Assembly (NCBI GenBank): GCA_964545885.1
Contig: CAZJHG010000001.1
Location: forward strand, 31,607-95,606
Direction: 5' to 3'
DNA: 64,000 nucleotides
Origin: an uncultured Muribaculaceae bacterium
GTDB lineage: Bacteria; Bacillota_I; Bacilli_A; RF39; UBA660
This document shows positions 36,930 through 47,048 of the stretch, piece after piece. Numbering within the stretch: position 1 is the first letter of the stretch; the number at the start of each line of letters is the position of its first letter. Both the position numbers and the translations under genes were made by a program. The notes below the pieces were generated by a model. It was not told where the DNA came from and ran no database searches. It was given only the letters and a program-made list of their open reading frames with translations.

Positions 36930-38575
36930 TTATTTTTAGGATTTTTTCTATATTTACTTTGATTATTTAATTCTTGATAATACATAACAGTTTCTTTATC
37001 ATAGTATCTTATTTCACCGCTAGGTAACATCAGCATTCTTTCAATTCCGAGATTATCTACAAAGTCTACATTATGAGATACTACTAGCATAGTCCCTTCA
37101 TAGTCTTTAAAAGTTTTAGCTATCATTTCTTGTGTCTGCGGATCTAGATGATTAGTAGGTTCATCTAAGATTAATAGATTAGCTCCAGTTAATGCTAATT
37201 TAGCTAAAGCAACACGACTTCTTTCACCAGGAGATAATACCGATACTTTTTTATATACATCATCACCATGAAACAAGAAGTTGCCCAAAAAGCTTCTAAG
37301 TTCTTTAGTGCTTAATCCTGTACCTTCAAAGTTTTCTAATATTATTTTTTCATTGTCTAATAGTTCGTGTTCTTGAGCGTAGTAACCGATTTCGGTCTTA
37401 TCATTTATTACAATTTCCCCAAGTAAAGGTTTTAATTGACCTACAATTAATTTAAGTAGAGTAGACTTACCAACACCATTTTCTCCAACTATCAAGAATT
37501 TCTCTCCACGACCTAAGTCAAATGTTAAATCATCTATCAGAATATGTTCTTCATTATATCCAAATTTAACATTTTCACACTTAATAGGAACAACTCCAGA
37601 ATGGTGATTAATTTTTATTTTAAAATGAGCGACCTTTTGTTTTTGTTCTAAGACAACTTTAATTTCTTCAAGCCTTGCTAATTTTTTTTGTCTATCTTTA
37701 GCTATTTTAGCTTTCTTTTCATTACCACCAATATACTTAGCAATTATCTTTTTTAATTTTTCTTCTTCTTTTTCTTGTTTATCGTGTATTCTTTCTAATG
37801 TCTTTAATCTTTCATTACGTATTTTCATATATTTTTCATAATTACCAGGATATAATTCCATTTTATGTGTAGCTTTATCTACATAAAGTGTTTGTGTAGT
37901 AACTTGATCTAAAAAATCAATATCATGCGATATAACAAGTATTGTTCCATTATAATTTTTTAGATAATTAATAATATATTCTTTAGTATCTATATCCAAA
38001 TGGTTAGTAGGTTCATCAAGTAATAATATTTCTGGATTAGAGTAGAGTAATCTTGCAAAAGCAATTTTACTTTTTTGGCCACCAGATAAATTACATAATT
38101 GCATATCTAATAAATCACTATCTATATTCATCCCAGTAACTATCTTTAATAGTATATTTTCAGCACTATATACATCATAGTATTCTAACTTTTCTTGAAG
38201 TTTACCAATTCTTTTCATAATGAACTTTAACTTCTTTTCATCAGTCTCAATACTAGCTTCCGTATAAGCTTCACTTAGCTCTTGTTCTAACTTTTTAATT
38301 GGTCTCCCCTCAAGTAGATAATCAAATACTGATATTTCCATACTAGGAATTTCATCACTTATTACTTGTGGTAAGAAACCAATTCTAGTACCAGGTTTTA
38401 ATATAATACGTCCACTATCAGGTTCTAACTTGCCCATAATAAGTTTAAAGAATGTACTTTTACCAGCACCATTCATCCCTATAATACCAACTTTTTCATT
38501 ATCTTTTATTTGTAAGTTAACATCATCGAATATTTCTTGTACACCAAAAGACATAGTTAAATTTTTTATATTCAT
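36926..38575 (-). CDS. ABC-F family ATPase (two ABC domains, no TM segment)
   Basis: Two Walker A motifs (GMNGAGKST, GENGVGKST), two LSGG signatures, and a charged inter-domain linker. Confidence 0.9.
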   Translation of the reverse strand: MNIKNLTMSFGVQEIFDDVNLQIKDNEKVGIIGMNGAGKSTFFKLIMGKLEPDSGRIILKPGTRIGFLPQVISDEIPSMEISVFDYLLEGRPIKKLEQELSEAYTEASIETDEKKLKFIMKRIGKLQEKLEYYDVYSAENILLKIVTGMNIDSDLLDMQLCNLSGGQKSKIAFARLLYSNPEILLLDEPTNHLDIDTKEYIINYLKNYNGTILVISHDIDFLDQVTTQTLYVDKATHKMELYPGNYEKYMKIRNERLKTLERIHDKQEKEEEKLKKIIAKYIGGNEKKAKIAKDRQKKLARLEEIKVVLEQKQKVAHFKIKINHHSGVVPIKCENVKFGYNEEHILIDDLTFDLGRGEKFLIVGENGVGKSTLLKLIVGQLKPLLGEIVINDKTEIGYYAQEHELLDNEKIILENFEGTGLSTKELRSFLGNFLFHGDDVYKKVSVLSPGERSRVALAKLALTGANLLILDEPTNHLDPQTQEMIAKTFKDYEGTMLVVSHNVDFVDNLGIERMLMLPSGEIRYYDKETVMYYQELNNQSKYRKNPKNN

Positions 38576-38759
38576 GATATTTCACCTCGTTCTATATAAT
38601 ACCACAAAATGTAATAATAGAGTAGTTTCGGTATAATATACATAAATTGATAATGTATATTGCAGTAAATTAAAGTATACAAAGTTATCAAAAAAAGCAT
38701 AGATAAATTTAAGTAAGTGTTATATACTATATTAAGTAAAGTAGAGGAGTAGATGTATT

Positions 38760-39854
38760 GTGTATTGTCGAAATTGTGGTAATAATTTAAATCCAGGAGT
38801 AGCATTTTGCCCTAATTGTGGAACTAAAATAGTAAATGAAAATAGTGTTGCTGGAGGGATAAATGTAAATCCCAATATTCAAAATGTATCAACAGCTAAT
38901 TTTAATAATATGAACCAGAATCAACAAGGATTTAATCAATCATCAATGGGAAATGGATATCAACAAGTTCAATATCCACAGCAACCAGCTAAACCTAAAA
39001 AAAATAAATTATTAGTTATTATTCTAGCTATTATAATAGTAGGTTTTATTTCTATTGGTGCAATTTTTTATCTTTCATCAGCAAAATCAGAAAAGCTCGT
39101 TTGTAAATCAGATGAGGGGAATATTACCATCATGTATAATAAAAAGGGCAAAATAACAGCCTATTTAGCTAATGGTATAACTTATGATTTTGATGAGCAA
39201 AAAGAAGTCGCTGAAGAAATGGGAATAGATGATTATATAAAAGATTTTGATAATTGGTTTAAATCTAATACCTCAGGTTATTGTACTGTTGATGGGAAAA
39301 GAGTATCAAAGGAAACTAAGAAAGATAGCGATGAAAATAAAACCGACGATGAAAGTGCAAATAACAAAAAAGATAATGATAATAATGAAAATAAATTAGA
39401 TAAAGATGTTAAAGTTGTTGGAGATAATAAGTATGGTTACATTACTATTCCTAAGAATTGGTCAAATTTTTATGATATAGATGGTAATACATCATTACAA
39501 TATTCATATGCTAATGTATTTATTGTATCTTTAAATTATATTGAAAATAGTCAATATACTGCAAAGGAAATAGCTTCAAGTTACATGTACGAAAAACAAA
39601 ATTCAGCAGAAGTAACAGGAGTTACAGGTGCAACTGTACAAATAGGAAAAAACAAAGAATATACAGCATACCAAGTATATATGTATTATCCATCCGATGA
39701 AATATTCTTAGTTACTTATTGGTTTGAAGCTGAAGATGGAAATATTCATTATATAGCACTTGAAGGCCCAGGAGAATTAAGTGGAGTATCAATAACAGAT
39801 TATTTATATATTGTAGAAAGCTTTAGTTTGAAAAACGAAAATAGTCAGTTATAA
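38760..39854 (+). CDS. zinc-ribbon / TM / extracellular-domain protein
   Basis: YCRNCG...FCPNCG zinc ribbon, a Q/N-rich linker, one TM segment and a C-terminal domain. GTG start. Confidence 0.6.
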   Translation: MYCRNCGNNLNPGVAFCPNCGTKIVNENSVAGGINVNPNIQNVSTANFNNMNQNQQGFNQSSMGNGYQQVQYPQQPAKPKKNKLLVIILAIIIVGFISIGAIFYLSSAKSEKLVCKSDEGNITIMYNKKGKITAYLANGITYDFDEQKEVAEEMGIDDYIKDFDNWFKSNTSGYCTVDGKRVSKETKKDSDENKTDDESANNKKDNDNNENKLDKDVKVVGDNKYGYITIPKNWSNFYDIDGNTSLQYSYANVFIVSLNYIENSQYTAKEIASSYMYEKQNSAEVTGVTGATVQIGKNKEYTAYQVYMYYPSDEIFLVTYWFEAEDGNIHYIALEGPGELSGVSITDYLYIVESFSLKNENSQL

Positions 39855-39938
39855 AAAAACTACTAAATAAGTACAGTCTATTTTTTGATATGTTTTAAAT
39901 AAGATTTAAAGTTAGACAGCTTATAAAATATTTTAATT

Positions 39939-39985
39939 AAAGGATTGTATTCTGTAATTTACAAGAATACAATCCTTTTTATTTT
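39939..39985 (+). terminator. strong intrinsic terminator
   Basis: AAAGGATTGTATTCT / AGAATACAATCCTTT 15-bp stem followed by a T run. Confidence 0.85.
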
Positions 39986-40137
39986 AGAAAAAGACATATT
40001 AAACGTAAATTACATAGATAATAACTTAATAAAAAAATATTATACATAAATAATTTGTAAAAACATAATTGCTTTATGATGAAATAACGTAGTAATTTTT
40101 AAATAGTAAGTTGAAAATTCCAAAAAAAAGCAAGTAT

Positions 40138-40992
40138 TTACTTACTTGTTTTCTTTACATATTTTAATCTTAAATTGTGAGCAACTAATACATTATGCAT
40201 TAACTCATAAACAGTCATTGGACCAACTCCACCTGGAACAGGTGTAATATGGCTCGCAATCTTAGAAACATTTTCGTAATCAACATCACCATATAATTTC
40301 CCTCGAACTCTATTTATACCAACATCAATTACTACAGTATCTGGATTTATCATATTTTCTTTTAAGTATCCTGCTTTACCAACAGCAACTATGACTATAT
40401 CAGCATTCTTTGTATATACTTCAATGTCCTTTGTTTTGGAATGACATATTGTTACAGAAGCATTTCTATTAGTTAATAAATTTGCTAGTGGTTTACCAAC
40501 TAAAACACTTCTACCAATTACAACGATTTGTGAACCTTCAATTTTTATTTTGTATTCATCTAATAAATCGATGATTCCTTTAGGAGTACAAGGTACTAAT
40601 GAAGGCATACCTTGAACCAATCTACCAGCGTTAATAAAAGTTAAACCATCAACATCTTTATAAGAGTCAATAGTATTTTGGATTAAACTTGAATCAAGAT
40701 GTTTAGGTAGTGGCATTTGTACTAAAATACCATCAATAGTTTCATCCTTATTTAATTTTTTTATATACCTAACTAACTTGTCTTGTTCAATATCTTCTTT
40801 GAATGTTTTGTGTATAAATTTATACCCCAATTCATTTGCTAATTTTTCTTTTTGTTTTACATAAACATTACTAGCTTCATCATTACCAACTTGAATAACA
40901 GCTAGTCCCAACTGTGTTGGTATTTCTTTGATTTTTTCTTTTAATTCGGTAATCTTCTTGTCTCTTAGAAGCTTACCATTCATCTCTACCAT
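40138..40992 (-). CDS. folD: bifunctional methylene-THF dehydrogenase / methenyl-THF cyclohydrolase
   Basis: Typical FolD layout (GK.......K.....P.LAVI.VG.D.AS..YV..K, VVIGRS..VGKP, PGGVGPMT). Probable start at ATG 40992, 8 nt after AGAGGTGA; the track start 41004 is a GTG. Confidence 0.9.
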   Translation of the reverse strand: MVEMNGKLLRDKKITELKEKIKEIPTQLGLAVIQVGNDEASNVYVKQKEKLANELGYKFIHKTFKEDIEQDKLVRYIKKLNKDETIDGILVQMPLPKHLDSSLIQNTIDSYKDVDGLTFINAGRLVQGMPSLVPCTPKGIIDLLDEYKIKIEGSQIVVIGRSVLVGKPLANLLTNRNASVTICHSKTKDIEVYTKNADIVIVAVGKAGYLKENMINPDTVVIDVGINRVRGKLYGDVDYENVSKIASHITPVPGGVGPMTVYELMHNVLVAHNLRLKYVKKTSK

Positions 40993-41025
40993 TTTTTCAT
41001 TCACCTCTATAATAAAATTATACCA

Positions 41026-41052
41026 TAAAAAAAGAGATTTTTAACAATCTCT
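41026..41052 (-). terminator. intrinsic terminator
   Basis: On the minus strand, an AGAGATT / AATCTCT stem followed by T7. Confidence 0.65.
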
Positions 41053-41818
41053 ATTTTGTAATTCCAGCTGCTGTAAATGCACTTTCAACTTTTGTAGCTT
41101 CAACATATCCAGAAACTCCACCGATAACTTTATTGTTCTTAATTATTAATGTTAATGGTGTACCTGTTATATTATCTTTAGCAAATGTTTCCCAATCTCC
41201 ACTACCAGATAGACTTGATAAAGTATTGTAAGAATCACTATCAGTTATAGTATTTAAATTAAAATTAATGATTGTAGATAAATCAATATATCTTACAGTA
41301 ATATCGTAATCTTTAGCAACTTCAACCAAAATTGGAGCATAATATGAACAATATATACAACCTTGTCTAGCAATTAATAATACAATAGTTTCACTCTTAG
41401 ATTCAGTTTTAATATCACTTGCAGTTATAGTTTTAAAAGAACTTGTATCATAAGTATATTCAGTATCGCTAGTAGAAGTATCATTGCTTTCAGTTTCAGT
41501 TTTTGCAACACCATTATTGATTACACTTAACATAGTAATTAATGAAACTATTAAAGTAATTATTGTTAATATAAAAGTGTAATTTGATTTTTTTTCAATA
41601 TTAGTAATTCTTTCTTCCATAGTTATTTCTATATATTCATTTTCTTCTACATCATCATCTTCATCGTTAAAATCATCATCTAAAACTTTCTTTAATTTAT
41701 CTTTTTTAGTAGAAGTTGAGTTGTTTTTATTTGTTTCTTCAACTTCCTCAATTTCTTCGTTTTCGATTTCTTCAGTAGTATCTATTTCTTTCACAACTGT
41801 TTTTTTATTTTTTGCCAT
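41051..41818 (-). CDS. membrane-anchored thioredoxin-fold protein (CxxC)
   Basis: Acidic N-terminus, one TM segment, and a C-terminal domain with a GCIYC motif. GGGAGGA RBS. Confidence 0.6.
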   Translation of the reverse strand: MAKNKKTVVKEIDTTEEIENEEIEEVEETNKNNSTSTKKDKLKKVLDDDFNDEDDDVEENEYIEITMEERITNIEKKSNYTFILTIITLIVSLITMLSVINNGVAKTETESNDTSTSDTEYTYDTSSFKTITASDIKTESKSETIVLLIARQGCIYCSYYAPILVEVAKDYDITVRYIDLSTIINFNLNTITDSDSYNTLSSLSGSGDWETFAKDNITGTPLTLIIKNNKVIGGVSGYVEATKVESAFTAAGITK

Positions 41819-41939
41819 ATTTCTTATTCCTCCCTAACACAATTTTACAAGTATTTGCAACTAATTACAAGGAAAAAGCGAATTTTTACCTATATTTCAC
41901 CAGAAAATCAGTTATAATATAGTACACGAAGGTGAGAAT

Positions 41940-43112
41940 ATGTTAGGAACAATAATCGGTGATATAGTTGGTTCATTTTATGAAGTAGAGGAAATTAATG
42001 CTTTTAAAAATAATCCAGATAAGAAAAGAAGTTATGAAGAAAGAATAAAAATTTTAAATAGAGATGTTTCACTTTTTACTAAAGAATGCTCTTATACTGA
42101 TGATTCGGTTTTAACTATTGCTATCTCAACAGCTTTAACTGATGGTAAAGATTTTGAAGAAGTACTAAGAGAATATGGCTTAAAAGAAATAGCTTTAGGA
42201 GAAGATAAGTATGGTAGAAGCAGATTTGGCAGTGGCTTCGTCTCATGGCTAAAAGGCGAAAAAGAAGGAAACAGTTTCGGTAATGGTGCTTCAATGCGTA
42301 TTTCACCAATCGGCTATTATTATGATGATTTAAACTATGTTTTAAATATAAGTAAAGAAGCAACAATTCCATCTCATAATCACAAAGAAGCAATAAAGGG
42401 AGCTCAAGCAGTAGCATCAACTATCTATTTAGCCCGTAATGATTTTTCTAAGGAAGAAATAAAAGATTTTTTAGAATCACGTTTCGGTTATTTTATGAAT
42501 TTTGATTTAGAAGATTTACAAAGAAATTATAAATTTTCTTCTAAGACAATTAATAGTGTACCGCAAGCTATTTTCTGTTTCTTAGAATCAACCGATTTTG
42601 AAGATTGTCTAAGAAAAGCTATTTCAATAGGGGGAGATACTGATACTATCGCTGCCATTGCCGGAGGAATAGCTGAAAGTTTCTATGGTATTCCCGAAGA
42701 TTTAAAAAATAAGGCTTTATCTTATTTACCAGAAAATTATAAAAATCAAATAATAAAATTTTATTCTGTTTTAGAATTAAAAAAGCATCTTTTAAATTTG
42801 GAAATATGTCATGATGAGTTTTGGGAATATATGAGAAAAAACACCAAAAGAGTAAATCTTCCATTGAATAGTGGAGTTTGGGGAACATTCGTTGACCGCA
42901 AAATAGAAAATAATTCTCAGACTATTCGTATTCTAGTTCCACCATTAACAACAGAATTATCGTATAAAATAAATATTCATGAATATGCTCATGCTTATGA
43001 ATTGTTTAATCTTTTACAAAATGGTAATAATTTAGAAAGTCTTAATATTAAAGAGAGTGAAAACTTCGCTAAATCTAAAGAAAAAGAGTATCAATTAAAA
43101 AAAGTTTTATAG
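41940..43112 (+). CDS. ADP-ribosylglycohydrolase fused to a C-terminal HExxH domain
   Basis: SYTDDSVLT, GNGASMRISPIG and GGDTDTIAAIAGG motifs (DraG/ARH family), plus a roughly 105-aa extension containing HEYAH. Confidence 0.75.
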   Translation: MLGTIIGDIVGSFYEVEEINAFKNNPDKKRSYEERIKILNRDVSLFTKECSYTDDSVLTIAISTALTDGKDFEEVLREYGLKEIALGEDKYGRSRFGSGFVSWLKGEKEGNSFGNGASMRISPIGYYYDDLNYVLNISKEATIPSHNHKEAIKGAQAVASTIYLARNDFSKEEIKDFLESRFGYFMNFDLEDLQRNYKFSSKTINSVPQAIFCFLESTDFEDCLRKAISIGGDTDTIAAIAGGIAESFYGIPEDLKNKALSYLPENYKNQIIKFYSVLELKKHLLNLEICHDEFWEYMRKNTKRVNLPLNSGVWGTFVDRKIENNSQTIRILVPPLTTELSYKINIHEYAHAYELFNLLQNGNNLESLNIKESENFAKSKEKEYQLKKVL

Positions 43113-43128
43113 TGATTTATAAAACTTT

Positions 43129-44181
43129 TTATTTTACTGTTCCTTTAAAGTCATATAGCTTTTTACATAGTGGGTAAGCTCTTGTTCCGTTATGTACTTG
43201 AACATTATCTAAATCAGTATAAATATTTGGCGTTTTTATTCCCATCTTATTAAGTAACTCGGTATCATATTCTTTAAAAGCTGGACAAGGTAATATTGTT
43301 CCGTCATATTTTATAACTAATTTATCTAAGCCAGCTGTACATTTATGCTTATCATCACTTAGTAAAGGAATTCCAACTCTTAAAGACCCTTTAAATGAAG
43401 CTTTGCAATTTTCATATATAGTAGCAAATTCTTTTATTTCGTTTTCATTCATCATAAGTTCATCTTTATTAATTTCTCCTCGTCCTTGTGGTACAAAGTT
43501 AAGAAGACTTAAGTTTTTAATTTCAGCAATATTAAGAATCTCAATTAAATCAGGTAATTCTTTATAATTTAATTTCATTGGTACAAAGTGAACATCAGTA
43601 TCTAATCCCACAACAGCTGCTCTTATAATGGATTGTTCTACTTCTAAGAAGTGATTACTTCCCATTAAGTAATCATACGTTTCTCTTTCAGCACCTTGAA
43701 AATCAAATACAATTTTGTCTAATCCTAGTTCTTTTAAAATTTCCATTTCCTCGCGAGAAATCGCACTAAATGTTTTATTATTATATTGAGTATATATTTT
43801 CATTTCGTGTCTAACTATTTTATCCATTATTTCTGGTTGTAAGTTACGATGATGTATTTCAATTTGTTTTCTTAACACATCAATTTGATCTAGAGTCATC
43901 TGTTTATTTTTTTTAACACCACTAGTAAATAAAACAACTCTAATTCCTAAATCTTTACAGTACTTAATCATATCAAATAGGTTAGGGTGTAAAAAAGGTT
44001 CTCCTCCAGAAAAAGAAATTTCCTGTATCCCACCAATCTTCATAAAATGATTAATTACCTTAACAAAGTTTTCATAATTTATTATTGTATTTTTATCCAT
44101 TCCTGCACAAGAAGAACAAAATCTACAATTATTCGGACAAGTTTGAATAATTTCAAAGCATAAATCTTTTATCATAGACAT
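43129..44181 (-). CDS. radical SAM protein with a SPASM/twitch-like C-terminal Cys motif
   Basis: CPNNCRFC (CX3CX2C), GGEPF, and a C-terminal KCTAG...DGTILPCP motif. Confidence 0.7.
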   Translation of the reverse strand: MSMIKDLCFEIIQTCPNNCRFCSSCAGMDKNTIINYENFVKVINHFMKIGGIQEISFSGGEPFLHPNLFDMIKYCKDLGIRVVLFTSGVKKNKQMTLDQIDVLRKQIEIHHRNLQPEIMDKIVRHEMKIYTQYNNKTFSAISREEMEILKELGLDKIVFDFQGAERETYDYLMGSNHFLEVEQSIIRAAVVGLDTDVHFVPMKLNYKELPDLIEILNIAEIKNLSLLNFVPQGRGEINKDELMMNENEIKEFATIYENCKASFKGSLRVGIPLLSDDKHKCTAGLDKLVIKYDGTILPCPAFKEYDTELLNKMGIKTPNIYTDLDNVQVHNGTRAYPLCKKLYDFKGTVK

Positions 44182-44246
44182 CTCTCATTTCAAATAGTTA
44201 TTTTATCATACTAATTAATAAAATAGTAACAATGTTATTTTTATAA

Positions 44247-44271
44247 CAAAAAAACTAGTCTTTCGACTAGT
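44247..44271 (-). terminator. intrinsic terminator after tRNA-His
   Basis: On the minus strand, ACTAGTC-GAAA-GACTAGT followed by T7. Confidence 0.8.
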
Positions 44272-44282
44272 AATCTTCACAA

Positions 44283-44359
44283 TGGGGCGAGATGTGGGGA
44301 TCGAACCCACGCGTGCCAGAGCCACAATCTGGTGTGTTAACCACTTCACCAATCCCGCC
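44283..44359 (-). tRNA. tRNA-His (GTG) with encoded G-1 and CCA
   Basis: Hand fold: G-1 plus acceptor GCGGGAT/ATCTCGC, anticodon stem CCAGA/TCTGG with loop TTGTGGC, and T arm GTGGG-TTCGATC-CCCAC. Confidence 0.85.
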
Positions 44360-44448
44360 ATGCGTATACATAGAATAACAAATAATTGAAGAAAATGCAA
44401 GTATATATTATAATTAATTTGTAATAAAATTCACAAGGAGTGGTAAAT

Positions 44449-44679
44449 ATGTTAAATATTATGAACTATGTATTGGTAAAAATATCTTTTTGGGATCAAT
44501 TAAAAAGTGAAATATTGGGTATTTGGGATGCAATTAAAGACTTCTTGCTTATGATAAAAGAAATAACATATGATGTTGTTGCTAATGCAGTAGGAGCAGA
44601 CACTACTAATATGGTTTTAATAGGTATAGGAGTAGTTGCCGTAATGTTAATTTGTCTTGCGATTATAAATAAAAGATAA
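44449..44679 (+). CDS. small membrane protein (76 aa)
   Basis: Start at ATG 44449 after AAGGAG. C-terminal TM helix. Confidence 0.45.
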   Translation: MLNIMNYVLVKISFWDQLKSEILGIWDAIKDFLLMIKEITYDVVANAVGADTTNMVLIGIGVVAVMLICLAIINKR

Positions 44680-44710
44680 AGGAAAGCTGTTAAAACTTTC
44701 CTTTTCTTAT
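44678..44710. terminator. bidirectional terminator
   Basis: AAAGGAAAG / CTTTCCTTT 9-bp stem between convergent genes. Confidence 0.7.
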
Positions 44711-46881
44711 GCTCCTCTTTTTCTTGATTTGATTAAAGGTAAATCTTCTTGGTTTACACCAAAACTTATTGAACCAAAATCTCTATCTGCTTCTAAAGCT
44801 GTAAGGACTAATTTTGTACCAATCTTAATCTTTTTCTTAGATTTTCTACCAGCAAATGACAAGTAATTATCATTGTAATTGAATTTATCTCCTTCAATAT
44901 CTTCTGGATAAAGTCTACCAGTAATACCTTCATCAGTTTTTACAAACATTACTTTGCTATTTACATAAGTAACGTGAGCATTAAATTTTTCTCCAATATG
45001 ATTTTTCATATATTTTATCATTTCTAATTCATCAGCATCACGTTCAGCTTGATCAGCATTTCTTTCTTTTTTAGAAATATGTTGACAGAAATCATCCATC
45101 ATATCATAAAATTCATCAGCATCTTTAATACTAAATTTATTATCTCTTTGTAATCTTAAATTGTAATGTCCTCTTAAGTCAGCTGCTCTTCTAATTGGAC
45201 TTGTCCAATGTCCGTAAGTTGGAAGACCAAGTCCAAAGTGTCCAACATTTTCAACATCATATCTAGCTCGGTTCATTGAGCGAAGTATAATTTGAGCTGC
45301 AACGCTTCTTTCGTCCATATCATCAATCTGACGAAGTATTTGTTGAATAACTTTGCCATTAACAATATCATGAGTAGCTTTAACTCTAATACCACTCTTG
45401 TCAAGTAACTCAAATGCTTCTTCAACTCTTTCCTCATCTGGAGCTTCGTGAACACGAAGTGGAGAAGGGATAATCATATAATTTGCATAACATTCACCAG
45501 CAAGTAACATTAAATTTTCGATAATTTTTTCCGCTGTTTTTTGTTCTTTTTGTTTGAAACTTAAAGGATTTCTATCTTCGTCCATTTGTATTTCTAAATC
45601 ATTAGAGCCAAAATTAACATATCCACGTTTTTCTTTTATTTTTTCCATTTTTAAAGATAGTTGACGCATCATTTCTAAATCATCATAGAATTCTTCATAT
45701 CCTTCTGGCAAATCACCATCTTCAAATATTTTATTAACATCCTCATAAGTCATTGCTTTTCTTGAATTAATGATAGAATCAACAAAGTCATAATTCAGAA
45801 CTTCTCCTTGCGGAGTTATTTCCATAATACAACTAAACGTCAATCTATCAACATCTGGATTTAAAGAACAAATTCCATTTGATAATTTATGTGGTAGCAT
45901 CGGTATAACAGTATCAGCCATATAAACACTAGTACCTCTTTGTAATGCTTCTTCCCAAAGTTGCATACCAGGGTGTACATAATGTGTAACATCTGAAATA
46001 TGAACTCCTACAACATAATTACCTTTTTCATTAATTTCTATACTAACTGCATCGTCTCTATCTTTTGTGCTAGCACCATCAATAGTAAAAATTAATTTAT
46101 TCGTCAAATCCAAACGGCCAACTCTTTCTTCATCTAAAACTTCTGTCGGTATTGCATCTGCTTCCGCTAACGCTTGTTCCGAAAAGTCTATTACTATTTT
46201 ATTTTCTATTGCTATTATTTTTAAATCTGCATCAGGATCATCTTTATGTCCGATATTCTTTATAAATCCTGCATAGTAACATTTATTATCTGTAAGTTCG
46301 CTAATTTTAACGACTATTCTATCACCCTCAACTAATGGTTTCATTGACATCGCATTAATTTTAATAGGGTGAGATAAACGTGCATTAAATGGTCTTAAGT
46401 AATATTCTCCGTTTTCATCTTTATCAACTTCAACTACTACTAAACCATCTTTTCTTTTTATTATTTTATCTACTTTGCATATTATATGACCTTCACTCAT
46501 TTTTTTAGTAGGTTTTGCAACTACTATATCACCATCAAGTGCGTCATTTAAATCTTCTGTTTTTATTTTATATTTTTTACCATCATTTCCTTTGATAAAT
46601 CCTTCATCATGTTTATTAATACTAATAACACCTTGTATAAGTCCATTAGCATAAGGAAAAGAACTGATTAAATTACGTGATTTATCTATTAAGATTTTTC
46701 CTTCTATTTCTAACTCTTTTAATGCTTCCCTTAGCATATCAGCTTTGAAACCTTGTCTTGAACATAATTCACTTCTTAATTGATTAAATGAATATTTTTT
46801 ATATCTCTGACTAGGATTATCCAAATATTCCATTAATCTTTCTTTTAATTCATATAAATTTTTTTCTGCCCCATACTGCAT
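44707..46881 (-). CDS. rnr: ribonuclease R
   Basis: RNB-domain motifs (DGASTKDRDDAVS, HFGL....YTHFTSPIRR-like HWTSPIRR) and a C-terminal S1-like domain. GGAGGGG RBS. Confidence 0.9.
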   Translation of the reverse strand: MQYGAEKNLYELKERLMEYLDNPSQRYKKYSFNQLRSELCSRQGFKADMLREALKELEIEGKILIDKSRNLISSFPYANGLIQGVISINKHDEGFIKGNDGKKYKIKTEDLNDALDGDIVVAKPTKKMSEGHIICKVDKIIKRKDGLVVVEVDKDENGEYYLRPFNARLSHPIKINAMSMKPLVEGDRIVVKISELTDNKCYYAGFIKNIGHKDDPDADLKIIAIENKIVIDFSEQALAEADAIPTEVLDEERVGRLDLTNKLIFTIDGASTKDRDDAVSIEINEKGNYVVGVHISDVTHYVHPGMQLWEEALQRGTSVYMADTVIPMLPHKLSNGICSLNPDVDRLTFSCIMEITPQGEVLNYDFVDSIINSRKAMTYEDVNKIFEDGDLPEGYEEFYDDLEMMRQLSLKMEKIKEKRGYVNFGSNDLEIQMDEDRNPLSFKQKEQKTAEKIIENLMLLAGECYANYMIIPSPLRVHEAPDEERVEEAFELLDKSGIRVKATHDIVNGKVIQQILRQIDDMDERSVAAQIILRSMNRARYDVENVGHFGLGLPTYGHWTSPIRRAADLRGHYNLRLQRDNKFSIKDADEFYDMMDDFCQHISKKERNADQAERDADELEMIKYMKNHIGEKFNAHVTYVNSKVMFVKTDEGITGRLYPEDIEGDKFNYNDNYLSFAGRKSKKKIKIGTKLVLTALEADRDFGSISFGVNQEDLPLIKSRKRGA

Positions 46882-47048
46882 TTAATCCCCTCCATACCTT
46901 ACTTGTAACACAGAAGCTATTAAATGTAAATTATTAAAATCGTAATTTGATATAAAATTATTTTATAACTCTATTAAATGTATTTGTAGAATTTGACAAA
47001 TCAAGATAATAGGGGTATTCTAACAACAATTTAAGGGGGAGTTGAAAA

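Noticed and set aside
38572-38805. 77-aa minus-strand ORF between the ABC-F and zinc-ribbon genes
   Set aside because: It covers the divergent promoter region, has tyrosine/leucine-rich nonsense composition, and has no RBS.
44215-44400. 61-aa minus-strand ORF
   Set aside because: It overlaps the tRNA-His gene and its terminator.
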